From contig JAPEUI010000045.1 of NCBI GenBank assembly GCA_026025075.1, positions 1 through 64,000 of the forward strand: 64,000 bases of DNA, given 5' to 3'. Source of the DNA: Vezdaea acicularis. Its lineage: Eukaryota. Below, piece by piece: positions 11,257-24,007 of this stretch (the stretch's first letter is position 1; each line of letters starts with the position of its first letter). Below the pieces are notes generated by a model. It searched no databases, was not told the DNA's origin, and was given only the letters and a program-made list of their open reading frames with translations. Made by a program: the position numbers and the translations under genes.

Positions 11257-13078
11257 ACTATTCACAATTCAGATAGAATTTGCGATGACCCGGAATGCTA
11301 ATATTGCACCCTTCGTCCTCGGACGGATGGCCGTCGCTTTATCGCGTCCAGGCTTAACAGGGTTGCGCTGCGAACGAATCGGTTTGGAAGAGAGAGTTTC
11401 TACTACGGGCAAGGCGAAGCCCACTGAGAAACGTCGCGAGGCGCAAATGAATGCCGAAGCGCCCGAGTGAATTCGACCGAGCGCGGCGATATCGCCCCGA
11501 AAGCTTCTGTCAGCTATTTCTTGATGCCTCGATACACCAAAGCAGGTGATTGTTCAGTGATAATTGATCTGTCGAAAAGGAGATGGCTTTTCGCGAGGAT
11601 CCAATTGCGACTAAAGCGCTGAATAATGAGGAGGCGAGATTTGGGACTGTAACCTCGTGATGAGCACACCAAGAACGCTCCGTGAGAGACACAGATGGCC
11701 GGATAAGTATTATGCCTAAGCTGAAGGAGCGGTGGTATAGGAGGGAGGATCTTCTTGGGCGAGGTGGTGAGAATAGAGGAAGTGAGATGAGGATGATTTC
11801 GTGATGATAGATTTGGGTGAGGTGGAAGGCTTGCAGGACAGGGCGTGGTGCCCGCTGGTCGCTTCCGTGCCGGGCGCAAACGCTGATCGCCTTGTGTGTG
11901 GTGAGAAGTTCGTTGGCGACTCAGGACTCGACACGACGGTAAAGACACCACCTCGATGGAGGCTCTTCCTCCCAGAAAGCGAGAGAAGGATAGTCGCCCG
12001 TTGAGGAGCACGATAATCGACAGGACTCTCCAGCGAGCGAGGTGTAAAGGACGAAGAGGAGATGGGGAAAGTGGGACAGTAAGAGAGAGGGTGACTGGGT
12101 CGATTACGTGCCGCCGCTCTGAGGCCTTTCCGATCGATAACCGCGCTGCTCTCTGCTTTCTGGGTGGGCGTTGGGATTGCTTGGCGCGACGTCCCCAGCT
12201 ACTTGCCCGTGGCTGGATTGACTTTCTTCTATCAAGGTGAGCCAAAACCACTAGAGAATATGCCCTAATTTTGAGGCTCAATCAAGACGCATCAATGGAC
12301 TCATTCTGCAAGGGTGTAAAGCAGCTTGGTGCCGAGCGATGGGACGGTGAAAAGTCGGAGTCTCGTTTCATATGGGCATGATATTAGATCACGCCGAGCG
12401 AGAAAATATAAAAGCAGCGACAGGGCAGTGGCGCTAGCGAAGAGACCGCATCCTTCTCATTTTCAGCTTAGTCACGATTCTCCGTCTCGGTCGTCTTCCC
12501 CAGCGTCGCATCAGTATAAATCACTAAATAGGAGCAGAAACTGTCGTTCATACACGCTAAAGCACTGGAACAATACTCAACCAAAATAATCAGAATGATC
12601 AATACTATATTATCATGATCCCGGCTGTATGGTGGCCTAAGCCGCTCTGGCTAATAAATTCAGAAATAGTTTGATTTGACGCTATGAGTCTGGCTGCCCC
12701 AGTTGAAGATTCCAGTCATGATGTTCATCCTTTCAGATTCTTGGCTAGAGCAAACTTCAGCAATAACCATGGACTCTAGGTCTCTCTTCTTGATGGTCAA
12801 TGATATCTCTACTCAGTCTTTCAGATGCACTTGACCTTGATGGCCGTGGATGAGAGAGCACGCCCACATTGTCTCGATGCTGATGTCCTGACGCGCTCCA
12901 ACCCTCCATCCGAGTACGGATGCAGTAAATTTAGATGTATTGGTATTATCTAAACCCTCTATTAGAGCACGAATGTACCTTAAACTTAGAGACGCCGCAG
13001 ACTCCGTAGGCTCCTTCTAAAGTAGCGCCTTGCTCATGCTAAATTGAAGGACGCTTATTTGGTTGCAACATAATACGG

Positions 13079-13981
13079 TCATTCATCATCAGGGGGCATT
13101 TCGTCATCGATATACCGTATGAGCGTAATTCTCATCTCCGTGGAGTCATTCCCTCGCAAGGTGTCGCTAACGAAGTGGGCTTCTACCTGCATTTGTATCT
13201 TGATAGATAGTAAATTCGTCAGTCAAGTTCAGCAAAAGTCAAAGAGGCAGCTGATGGGGGCGTATGAAAGCGTTTTCACCTACCATTTCAAGGGCACCCT
13301 TTAGGATTCCACAAAATATGCTCGAATACCACAGCTCATCCTGAGCCCTCCCATCATCGGGGAGTTCCACGAAATCGGCAAGAGGGTTCTCTTCGAATAT
13401 CAACGAAAATTGCTTGCTGTCGGTGGTCCAGTTGGTGATTGTCGGAGTTATATTCAGAAACATTTTAAAGCCCACCTGCGCTTGTGTTAGCCCCAGGAGC
13501 TTTGCCATCAAGGTCGCAGGCGGGCCCTTAACCACGCACTTTCGATATCATTTCTGCCGTCTCCCTGAAGTTGGCGCACCTCCCAGTACTTGACTTGGCG
13601 AGGAAGTCCTCAATCAATCGAAGTCCAATATTATAACCCATTTTCTCGAGTTGCTTATTGACCTCCAGATAGTTGCTTTCGTAGTCTTTACACAGCTGTG
13701 CAACGATGGTCCCGTATGTGAGTGTTACAAGCTCCGCATTGACTTTGTCCACCCGGTTTCTTACGGACTGTTAGCCGCGAGCCTCAGGTTGCATGCCAAA
13801 TGTATCCAGGTGCGCAATCGTACCAAACCACAGCGGCGGGTAGGAAGGTTGAGAGCGTGGGTATGACTGAACTCACTTCCATACTCTAGATTATGATTAG
13901 TCTGTCGGTCATACTAGCATGAAATAACATATTATGCGGATCTTACTCTTCCCCTATCCTTGCAGCTTTCGTGGAAGTCAT
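13079..13981 (-). CDS. BET3: TRAPP complex core subunit Bet3, 5 exons
   Basis: Exons 13981-13947, 13885-13877 (9 nt), 13759-13540, 13475-13284, 13198-13079. Motifs [52 protein letters not shown]. Confidence 0.96.
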
Positions 13982-14633
13982 CCTCCGGAATTAATTGGAC
14001 AGTTATCAGCCAGACGAAAGGCTGAAAAGTTTGTAAATGTGCCTGATCGAAGACGAAGTTACTGAAGACTCATCATGCTGTATAGTACTAGGACGTTGCA
14101 GGACCGTTGTTCTTGTTCGCTAGGCTAGATCAAGTTCTCCCAAAGTGCCTTCCACATATCCCGTCCTATTCGATGATCAGTGACAACTGCACAGGAATAT
14201 CCTAGGAATGCCAAAAAACATGCCACTATTACTACGAGTTTTTGTGGATTTTTTGAGAGGGTTTCTTGTGTAACCATAGATAACATCCGAATTGTGCCAA
14301 TAACGTGTATCTCAATGTTTTAATACTCCTTCATCCCGGACGAAACAACGCTAAACGTTACACCACATACCCCGCTTGATTCAATCACTTTCTACATGGA
14401 ATTTCTTATAACAAGAGATAGAGAGACTTTGAATATCTAATCCTGCATTTTTGATATTATCTGCATCGCATCGAAGACCGTCTTTCTCTAAGATAATTGG
14501 ACAAAACGCTGTGCGCGTGCTTCGAAGCGAGTCGTGGGCTCCGAGAGTCAAGTGCCTGGCTCGAGAATTTGAAAGTTATCCCTGACTGTCAACTGTACCA
14601 ATAAGGAACCGCTGTCATCTCGACTCTCTCAGA

Positions 14634-16020
14634 ATGTCTGTAGACAAGCGTAGAGCGTCCGACACTCTCGGATCATCACAAACATTGGTTAAGAGACAAA
14701 AGCCGGAAGCGAATGCATTGAACGGCAAATCCGTAGCTGTGGTCAACAGCTCGGCGCACAATGGCGCGATCATTCAAACTGTATGTTACATCTGACCGTC
14801 ACGAAGTGTCCAGTGAACTAAATACCTAGACCGAGCGGGCATGGAGCTGATTGGGAGGACACAGGTTCCCCGTACGAGCGGACTTCAAGCCCCAATCATG
14901 GAGCTCACAGGTCAGGAGGATCATATCGGGTGGTTCCTGTGCAAACCAGGCTAAGTCTACTACAGGACACTCCGGAGAAGTATTTACTACACGGTTCGAT
15001 CCCACAGGACAGTATATTGCATCGGGCTCTATGGACAGATCGATAAGTACGGCGTTTCCCCTCGAAATCATACGGAGGAGCAGTTTCTAATCGGAGTGTA
15101 GTGCTCTGGCGGACGTATGAGTCCTGTGAAAATTATGGCCACCTTACTGGACACAAGGGAGCTGTATTAGATTTGCATTGGTCGAGGGATTCAAGAGTCG
15201 TGTTTTCGGCGTCGGCTGATAAAACTTTGGCAAGTTGGGACCTGGAGACTGGCCTTCGCATACGGCGGCATATAGGGCACGAAGAAGTCATCAACTGCTT
15301 AGACGTAAGCAAAAGAGGAGAAGAGCTTTTGGTTAGCGCATGTGACGATGGCTATATTGGCGTAAGAACAAGCAACCCTCTTTCGTGAAGCTACTGACAC
15401 CTCGAGCAGATATGGGATCCTCGGCAGAAGTCAGCTGTGGAATATATAGAGACGGATTTCCCTGTGACAGCAGTTGCCTTAGCCGAAGCTGGCAACGAAC
15501 TATACTCAGGGGGGATTGACAACGCCATCAAAGTCTGGGACATGCGCAAGAAGGCGGTAATATATAGCATGGTTGGACACACGGATACCGTCACGTCGAT
15601 AGCCGTGTCGCCAGATTCGCAATCACTCCTGTCCAACTCAATGGACTCGACGGTTAAGACGTGGGATATTCGGCCATTCGCTCCTCTCGACCGGCACGTC
15701 AGGACATATGATGGCGCCCCATCAGGCATGGAGAAAAACCTAATCCGAGCAAGTTGGGACTCTACAGGAAAGAGAATCGCCGCCGGCAGTGGCGACCGCA
15801 CAGTTGTCGTTTGGGACGTGACGAGCGGGAAGATGCTTTACAAATTGCCAGGTCACAAGGGAACGGTCAACGACGTCCGATTTGCGCCAGGATCGGAGCC
15901 TATTGGTAAGCTAGACCGGGACGAATTCGCGACCTGTCGAACGAGTGCTGACTTTTGAATATTTTAGTGGTCTCTGGGTCATCGGATAGGACACTTATGC
16001 TGGGCGAATTAGGGTTATGA
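14634..16020 (+). CDS. SNRNP40: U5 snRNP 40 kDa WD40 protein (SNRNP40/Spf38-like), 6 exons
   Basis: Exons 14634-14780, 14865-14910, 14966-15046, 15102-15361, 15410-15905, 15968-16020. Motifs RTSGLQAPIMELTGHSGEVF, GMEKNLIRASW, YKLPGHKGTVNDV, SSDRTLMLGEL. Divergent from BET3 across ~650 bp. Confidence 0.93.
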
Positions 16021-17772
16021 ATGGACCGGTCGTTCGAGCTTACGGAGCCAAACGTGCCAAGCATATTTGGATGTTGCGAGTGACGGAGCTGTGGCTCACG
16101 CCCCAGGCGGTCGGACAGGCAGCAGGCATCACGCAGCATGACACTTGCTGGCCCAGCGTTTGCACGTGCCTGGTGGGGCACATCCCTACATCAGGAGTTG
16201 TACTATACATGTACTCATTAGGATCAATAGCATTCGGGTGGGCTTTGTGCGTGTGTGTATGGGGCTGTATTTGCATGAGGACCGAAGAGCGATTTCTTGC
16301 ATTTGACTCCCACAGAAGCTGTCACGAAGCTGTTACGAATCTGCGCGAGCCTCAGAAGCCCTCCGAGCAACACATCGTGGCAAAAGTCGGGTTTCGATGA
16401 AGCTCAGCATACGCACAGATTCACCAGCCTATCACGCATTTGCAGGAGCTGACCATGGATCGAAGGCGCCACAGCAGCAGCCTCCGAAGGTTTAATCGCC
16501 AATCACATCCTACCCTTTCAGATCACAAGCAAAGACGATAAACCAATCGAAAGGGAGGCCGTTGATGGCATACGAAGAAAGTGCTGAGGGAGGTCTACTG
16601 TATGTCAAGTGGCGAGCAGTGACATTGGGCGCATCCTCGACATTCCAGTCGCGCCATCGCGGATGTTTCACGTCGCTTGTCAAACGAGCAGTCGCGTGTT
16701 TCAGCGACGCGCGATTGGCCACGAAACGACCGCGGCCGCGACCCCCCCAACCCCTGAGCCGAAGAGGAGTCGCGACGGGGGGAGACACTCTGCGACAGCG
16801 AGCACGAGCAGCCGCTGCGGCGATTGGGCAAGGACCAAAACCCAGCAGCTGCAGCAGCGGGTTTGCGCCAGGGATGCGATCGCACTCTCGCTCGTCCAGA
16901 TGCGGTCCATAGGCTCAAACGGGTCGATGTGTTGGCGAGCCCGTGGTGAAATCGATGTCGGCGTGCATGGCGGGCGTCGACGTGCGGGCCTTGCTTCTGG
17001 ACGACTGGCAGCGGGGGCCTGGCCGAACGGCATGCCCTTGCTTCTTGAGCCTTTCCGTGGATCGACGCTTTAGCCTGCTCGGGAATGTTGGCCGTTGGCT
17101 CTCCGCCGCCGCGGCCGAGGCAGCTCCGGCACACACAACACCCCCCTCCTCCTTCCCGGATTCTCCTATGAGGAAGAGCTTCCTCCCTCGCTGCACGCTG
17201 CATGCCCTTTGGCTGGCCCTCCGTTCCTCTCTCTTGGAACTTCACGGCCGCTTTCGAGTTTCATTCGGCCTCTCCGTCGTGCATTTCGCGGCCCGTTCTC
17301 GCTCATTCGCTCGTTTTGCTTTCTCCATCGCTCAATTCTTTTCACTGGCAGACGTCCGGTCTAACGTGGCACACGTACCCTTCTCCGGATCTCCTCACCG
17401 CCCTGGGGTCGTCTTCGAGTCCTTGCTTGATGCAAGTTCCCTCTGTCCGTGTCGATAGCTTCTTGCGGACGTGTTTCAGCTCGACAACACTCCCCTCGTT
17501 CTGTGGTGTTGGCAGCAGTCCTCCTTGTGCCCTCGGTCACAGATACTCTTAATACATGTGGGGGACCCCCGACTTCTAATCCGTCAACACACAGGAGTTA
17601 TCTGTGCTGTGTTTGCATGGGCCTACTTAACAACGCCCGTCCCATCACCTCCTTCTCCTTCCCCTCCCACGCAGGGACTTAATCGATAATCCTCGAACAT
17701 AATCACGACTGCAGCCTTTGTGGAACTTCGGCAGATATCGAATCTGAAGCCTTACGAGCTACGAAATTCGAG

Positions 17773-19015
17773 ATGCCGCTCCCTTTCTTCAACTCGACAC
17801 AGACCCCGCCGTCTCCTCGACCGTCACGAATAACGTCGGTGCGGATGACCTTCTCCCAGCTCTTCGCAGGGACCTCCATCGTGGGCTCTCCCACCCCTGA
17901 TGTTGAGGAATCGAAAGCCCCTCGCCTTGGTCTCCGTGCCATCCCCCCCACACACCTCGACATACCAGGGCATTTGACCTCTGAGCCTACATCTCCCGTC
18001 TTGTTTGGCGCCGTGCGGGGCGGTGTCCCACAGATATATGGGCAGCACCCAGTACAGATCCATTACCCGGGCGAGCCATTACACGTAAACTACGACCCCC
18101 TCTCGCCCTCAACATATTCTCAACCAAGCCAGTCGCCGGACTTGACGACGCCAATCTCGCCGTACGCGCCCATATCTGCAACATCGAGTCTCTACCGCTC
18201 CCCGACTATCCCGTCGCCGCTGCATGTAGATCCTCGAGCTAGAAACTTCCCAACGGGTGTTAGCCCCGAGGGCGATCAGCTAGCTGAACTCGTTCATGGA
18301 GAACAGAGATCACAGCAGCAGAGGCGCAAGAAGCACCACCGCAGACGCCATGCCCCAAGAAAGCACCATTTCTGCTTCCCTAGTGTGGAGCACCCTAGCG
18401 TCCGCCGCAAGCTATGGGCAAGCTTTATCTCCGGGCTGGCTTTGGTCATTCTGCTCTCAACCTGTAAGATCTTCCTCCCCAAATCCTGTCCATCCCACCC
18501 CCCAAACTAACACCTTTCTTCCAGACCTCTCACTCGCCCTCTCATCCCGTGCCTCCGGCCGCGCCTTCCACGTAATCTTCATCCTCATCATCCTACTTAC
18601 CACAATCTTCTTCTGCACCTCCCTCATCCGGCTCTGCATGCTCAGCATGTCCCCCTCCCCCACCCGCTCCCACCGCCGCCACCGCCGGCTCTCCCGCCAC
18701 ATCGGCTCGCCCGAAGACCACCACAGCAACAATAACATCGACCCCCTCCTCATGACCGACGAAGAGGCCGCGCGCGGCTTCGCCGTCGACGCCGAGGGCA
18801 ACCTCGTCGTCGAGAAGGACGAGGAAGGCGTCGTCACCTGCCCGCCCCCTGCTTACGGCCTCTGGCGCGGCAGCGTCAGAGTCGATCCGGAATACCTCGC
18901 CTGGACCCGCCGCGCCAGACCCGAATACCAGGGGCATCCGGCATTTCGAGCTGAAGAGAGGCCCGGCACGGCGGCGACGCTACCCCCGGGGTATGAAGAC
19001 GGCGGCATGATTTGA
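17773..19015 (+). CDS. Fungal hypothetical membrane protein with two TM helices and a PPxY motif, 2 exons
   Basis: Exons 17773-18463 and 18525-19015; intron GTAAGA...ACTAAC...CAG. Basic cluster, two hydrophobic helices, then PPPAYGLWRGSVRVDP. Confidence 0.8.
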
Positions 19016-20237
19016 GTTTCTCCCGGTGCAGGGCGTTACGGGAATGTGGATGGTGGAGAGAAAGGGCGTATCAAGGGTTTCTTGGGCTTTTCATTCAATA
19101 AAATGGGGGGGGGGGGGGCGGGGGTGGCGTTTATGGCTTATTCCCGGTATTCCTTTTTGGTACGGGATGTGCAGCGGTGGAGCGGACTGGGGCTTTTGGT
19201 GGAGTACACCCTTCGCTGGCTGGCTGGCTCTTGCTCCCTCTAGTATGTGAGGTTGAGTACGCAACTTGGCGGCCTAGTGGATGACTGGGGTTTTCTGGTA
19301 TCCCACACTACGATGACATCTTTAGGCTCTCGTACCCGCTTGGTTATTTGGCACTAGCTATGGACCTAGATAGATGAAGTCAGTCGTATCATAGGTTTAA
19401 ATAACATATACTACACTACCCTAGACCGTCCTAACCCTCCAACCCCCCCCCTTTTTTCCGCCCCGCGACTTTCTTTCGGGATAGTGAGCTTCTCGCATTT
19501 TCCCCGATTATAGTTCGAGGAGGGGTTGCGACATGTAGTCAAGGAGGATGCTGTAGAATGTGTGTTCCTCGGTGGTCATCCAGCTTATGACATTGTTCTC
19601 CCCTCTATGTGTCTGTACGGGCTTGGGGTGTTCTGGTGTAGATTCTTCCCGGCCAGCTAGCTGGTGTGTGACGATGGGTGAGGGGGGATTGTGCGGTTGT
19701 GGTACTGCGCTGAGCGCCTCTCTAGAAGGGGAAGGAGGGATAGAAAGGCTGATCAAGTCCGCGTACACCGCGCCCACGAACGAGCGAGGAAAAGCTACCG
19801 AACCCCCGCCTTCTCCGTCGTGTTCCACCCTGTAGGTGCGTGTAAGGAAGGTCGATCACGCTTCGAACCCCCCCTTAGTGCAGGCGGAAACCATAGTAGA
19901 GCCTCCATCGCCGACTTTTTGCCTCTGGGGGTTTGCGGTGCAGACGGGGGGCGCTGGTTGGGGATATAGATAGATCGTTATGGCTAGGACTCGCGGGAGC
20001 ACTGAATTGGCGTGGAGATCGCAGAAAATCGGAGGACCACTGGTCAGGGCCAGGGATGGAGTTATAACATGCTCTCCAATAACTTTGGTCTTGATACTTG
20101 GGGACGGGGTGAGGCGGAAGCAGGGCTTACGACGTCCATCTGGTGGCCACCGAGAAGTTTGGCGAAGTGATCTGTAGTTTCCATGCGCTTTACCCTGGCT
20201 AGATTCAGTTGCTGTTTATTGGTTCCAGAGGGCGAGA

Positions 20238-20568
20238 TCAATCGACGACGCTCCCTTGCAGACATTGTGGCCTTTTTGGTGTAACTCGGTATCTTGACGT
20301 GCCTTTGTTGGAGATAAGCAGAGGATTCCAAGTATCGTATCCAATCGACGACGCTCCCCTGCTTTGAAGCTCTCAGAGCAGTCATGGCCGCTTTTTTGTT
20401 GTAACTCGGCATCTTGACCTGCGTTTATCGGAAAGAAGCAGAGGATTCTAGGTAACGAATCCACTCAACGACGCCCCCTACTTCAAGGCTCTCAAAGCAG
20501 CCATGGTCGCTTTTTTTGGCGTTACTCGGCATCTTGACCTGCGTTTATTGGAGAGAAGCAGGGGATTT
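20238..20568. repeat. Degenerate tandem repeat, 120-bp unit, about 2.7 copies
   Basis: GT(A/T)ACTCGG(T/C)ATCTTGAC recurs at 20281, 20401 and 20521; (A/C)T(C)(G/A)ACGACGC(T/C)CC recurs near 20240, 20343 and 20463. Confidence 0.9.
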
Positions 20569-23500
20569 ATATATGTGGGAGGGCGTAGCTGGATATCTAT
20601 CGGGTTGATGAAAGTCTGTAGACTGCTCTCCCGGCGGAGCTCCAGCGGAGGCATGGTGGTGATGATGAGGGGTGGGATGGACCTTGATGTGGGGATGTGG
20701 GCGAGATATAAGGGGCTCAGATGCTCTGAGCGGATCTTCATGCAACGAGGAAGTCTCTACGGAATGAGCCGGTTTTCACGCAACGAGCCGGTGATCATGC
20801 AACTAGCCCCCCTCCACGTACCGAGATACTGCAGGTGAACCGAGACCATGTTCCTGTAACGCGTGGGTCTCGTATATACTGGACTGAACCACATGTAATG
20901 GAAAAGCCCTCCGGTAAGGAATTGGCTCTCGTGTATTGAAGAATACAGGAATGCTCTCGCATTATACTGATACTTAGAGATCGACGAGCTAGGCGTACAC
21001 TTATCCAGCACGGGCTCGCTTTGCCTCGAGGAGCATGTCCGTGGACTCACATCTCCCGTTGCTACTCTCAAGGCGTACCACCTCTAGAAGCACAACACTC
21101 CCCCCCCCACCGAAATACAAAAAGTTCCCTAATTGAAGCGAAGGAAAGCTGGAGTCAAGATATCCAGGACAGTTTATGGCCCGGATTCAGCCTAGCGCAC
21201 GGGAGTGAGTGCCCTGAGAGGCTAAGCCGCGCCAAGAAAAGCACCAGACGGCAGGTTCCGACCAGCTTGTCATCCATGCGGCTATGAAGTAGTGGCGGGG
21301 AGCACAACCGGGCATCCATAGGGCATAGGAAACTTGGGATAAGTTAGAGGCTGCTTATGGCTTTTGTATCGGTAGCGCAGCAGGGCTGGGAAGCTATAGG
21401 ATCCCGAAGCTTTAGCGAGTAGCTATTGCTCTGGGACAGCTCCGCCTTTAGCCAGCTTGATAGCTCTCTTTCACTCCATTACAGATCTCTATTGCAATGG
21501 GTCGGATGCTTCCGCCAAACCGGAAACGGAGACGGAGCTTGAGTCGGACGGGTCATCACCAGAGGATTATCGGATACACGAATACGAAACGCGGTGAACG
21601 GCGAAAGAGGCAATGCTACTTGCTGCGGAGAAAACTTCATACGTAAGTGAGTGACATACGGTAGGGCCTCGATATTACCGTTGGGAGAACCAGCCAGACT
21701 TGTTATGGCGATGAGATTGCCACGTTTAGACGAGGTCTTACCTAAAATTAACGGCTATGACGACGTTCGGGGGCGAAAGCGAATTCCACGTGTATGCAGC
21801 CCAAGCGTTCTGGAAAACTGGAAGTTCTCTTAACGATGATGTGCCCACTATCGGTCTCTACGATGTTACCGTAGCAGACCAGAGGAAGGAAGGATGAAAG
21901 AGAGGGGTTCGGCCTGTGGGAGACAAGCCCACGATAGAGCTGAGCTCTAAAGTATAAGCTGCAGCGGAGACCTTGGACACTTTGCGCGATCACACCCACG
22001 GAGTGTTGGGGTCTGCAGCCGCCGCTTTCCGCTCAGAGAGCATCTTCAGAAGAGCCACCGATAGATCCGGGGAGCGTGAACCCATATTCCCCTTCTGTTA
22101 TGAGCAACAGCCAGGTTCAGTGATGGTAAGCGAGGTCCAGCAATGGGACTGGAGGCTCTACCACGTTTAGTTCGGCCCACTCGTAAAATTCTTGGCCCCC
22201 ATTTCCTAGACAAAGGCCACTCCGTGGGTATAAATAAGAAAGAGAGACATCTTGCGTGCCAAGCCTCCGCCACGCAAAGATGGGATACGAGATATGGCAA
22301 GCGGCTAAGGACATATGTGGTATAGCTTGCCGAGCTTGCGTGGCATACACCGATGGTTGGGGGTGCTAGAGAAAAGGTCGACTCGGCGAACGAGCCGCCG
22401 ACAAAACCCAACAAGGCAGGAATCTCTCGAGACCCTTATGCCATGGTAGCATGTGAATGAACGCGGGGAACAATGATGCGATCGTCGAGCGGAGTAACAT
22501 CCGGAGGGAGCCGGAGATACCTAGCGTGGCTGAACCTCATCCAGCAAACACCATGCAATGCTCCACGTGAAGGGAAGGATGATCTTGAAAGCTATACCAC
22601 CTTTTAAGCTGTTCGGAGAATTATGGTAAGAAATAGGTGCCATGCAGAAACTCTCGTCAATCGAGAGACTCGATCGCATGGTGGGTCTGAAGAGCAGGCA
22701 AGTAAAAGTGAACGACGGATCGGATACGAACTAGTCACCGGGGCTGGACGCGATTGGGTGACTTGCACACCACTTCTGAGCACACCATTTCTTGAGAACA
22801 TCCGTAACGAAGGTAAGAAAACACGAATAACTTGAGTAGATTGTGGAGATCTCTCAACGGCATACTTCCTAGGGCTAGGTACTTGGCGAAAGACCAGACG
22901 ATGATGCTATGGGGACCAGCGAGACATGTTCGATGGTACTCATACAAACTCATGCGAGGTATTGATCGCGAGGCTGTCCTGCCATGTAGTACATGGATGA
23001 GGTTGTCGATAGACTTTCGCACTTGCGTAAGCTGGGTGGGGGCATGTGCGGCATCCTCCGGCAAGACACAGACAGCATACCGTAGTCTCGTCATGAACCC
23101 TTCTTTGACAATTGACTTCTGGAGCTGCATGCCGAGACGCATGGGAGGTGTCCAGTCGGTGATGAGAAAACAAAGCCGATGATTAGATGGTGGTGGTGGA
23201 GCAACACCAGCCAGCGTCGGATATTGTCAAGCTGGAGGTGTGAAATGGTGTGCGCGGTTGGGCTTAGCGCAAGAGCAGGGCGTGCAGGGCTCTCTAAGCG
23301 AACGATTGGTGGCTGCCGAGGCTGGCCGCAAATAGAAATCCCAGCAAGGCGCAGGCAAGCCCTTGGCATTCCACCTGGGTCCGCTTCCTTCTCCGACCAA
23401 AGAGGGCATTTACACCGGTTGCGACGCTGATGCTCATCCACGCCATCGCACGTTGAGCTTGCGAGGATATGCCGATCAAGGTCGGGCACACCGGTGCCAT

Positions 23501-23787
23501 CGCACCCGCCGAGTGCGACTTTGCGTGTACCGGCCCATCGGACATGCCATGGTGTATTTCGCCTTCAGCTCTATGGGCGCAGGCTGTGTAGCCACTGCTC
23601 CCCGCTCCGACGGCCAAAACCGGTCTTCGAGCGGAGCCTTCTGCTGACAACCACCTCGTAAGTACGGTGAGTGAATCATACGCTCGATGGAGCCTTGAGC
23701 TTGACCAAGCAGAGATTTCCAAGCACACCATCTCTTGGTTACTATTCTTTACTGTGGCCGCAAGGGTGAGTGGAGGGGGCAGCCTGA

Positions 23788-23793
23788 TATAAA
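23788..23793 (+). promoter_or_regulatory. Putative TATA box of the Pro/Thr-rich secreted protein gene
   Basis: TATAAA followed by a pyrimidine-rich, ATG-poor stretch ~215 bp upstream of ATG 24008. Confidence 0.45.
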
Positions 23794-24007
23794 GGCTGGC
23801 CCGGAGGCTCCGATGGACACTTTCCCATTATCTCTTATACCTCACACATATATTCCTGCTTCGTATACAAAGCAGAGCCATTCGCTCTCATAGTTATCTC
23901 CTTGCCGTCAGTCGCTACTAGGCTCAAGCATCTAAACACCCTCGACCTCTCCCACCTAAAAAATCATCACCTTTATATCTAGTCTTCTCGAGTAATCATC
24001 CGTCTAA

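Noticed and set aside
14990..15010. GGTTCGATCCC, resembling a tRNA T-loop
   Set aside because: Lies inside a WD40 coding exon with no cloverleaf; other GTTCGA hits (~8445, 25681, 50748) also lack tRNA structure.
16510..17690. Many overlapping GC-rich ORFs on both strands
   Set aside because: Low stop density from high GC and CT content in the promoter/leader of the 17773 gene; translations are not protein-like.
20238..20568. Regularly spaced repeats as a possible CRISPR array
   Set aside because: Whole units are similar with no unique spacers, the context is eukaryotic and there are no cas genes.
21000..23730. Short ORFs upstream of the Pro/Thr-rich gene
   Set aside because: No domain motifs or coherent splice pattern; treated as intergenic.
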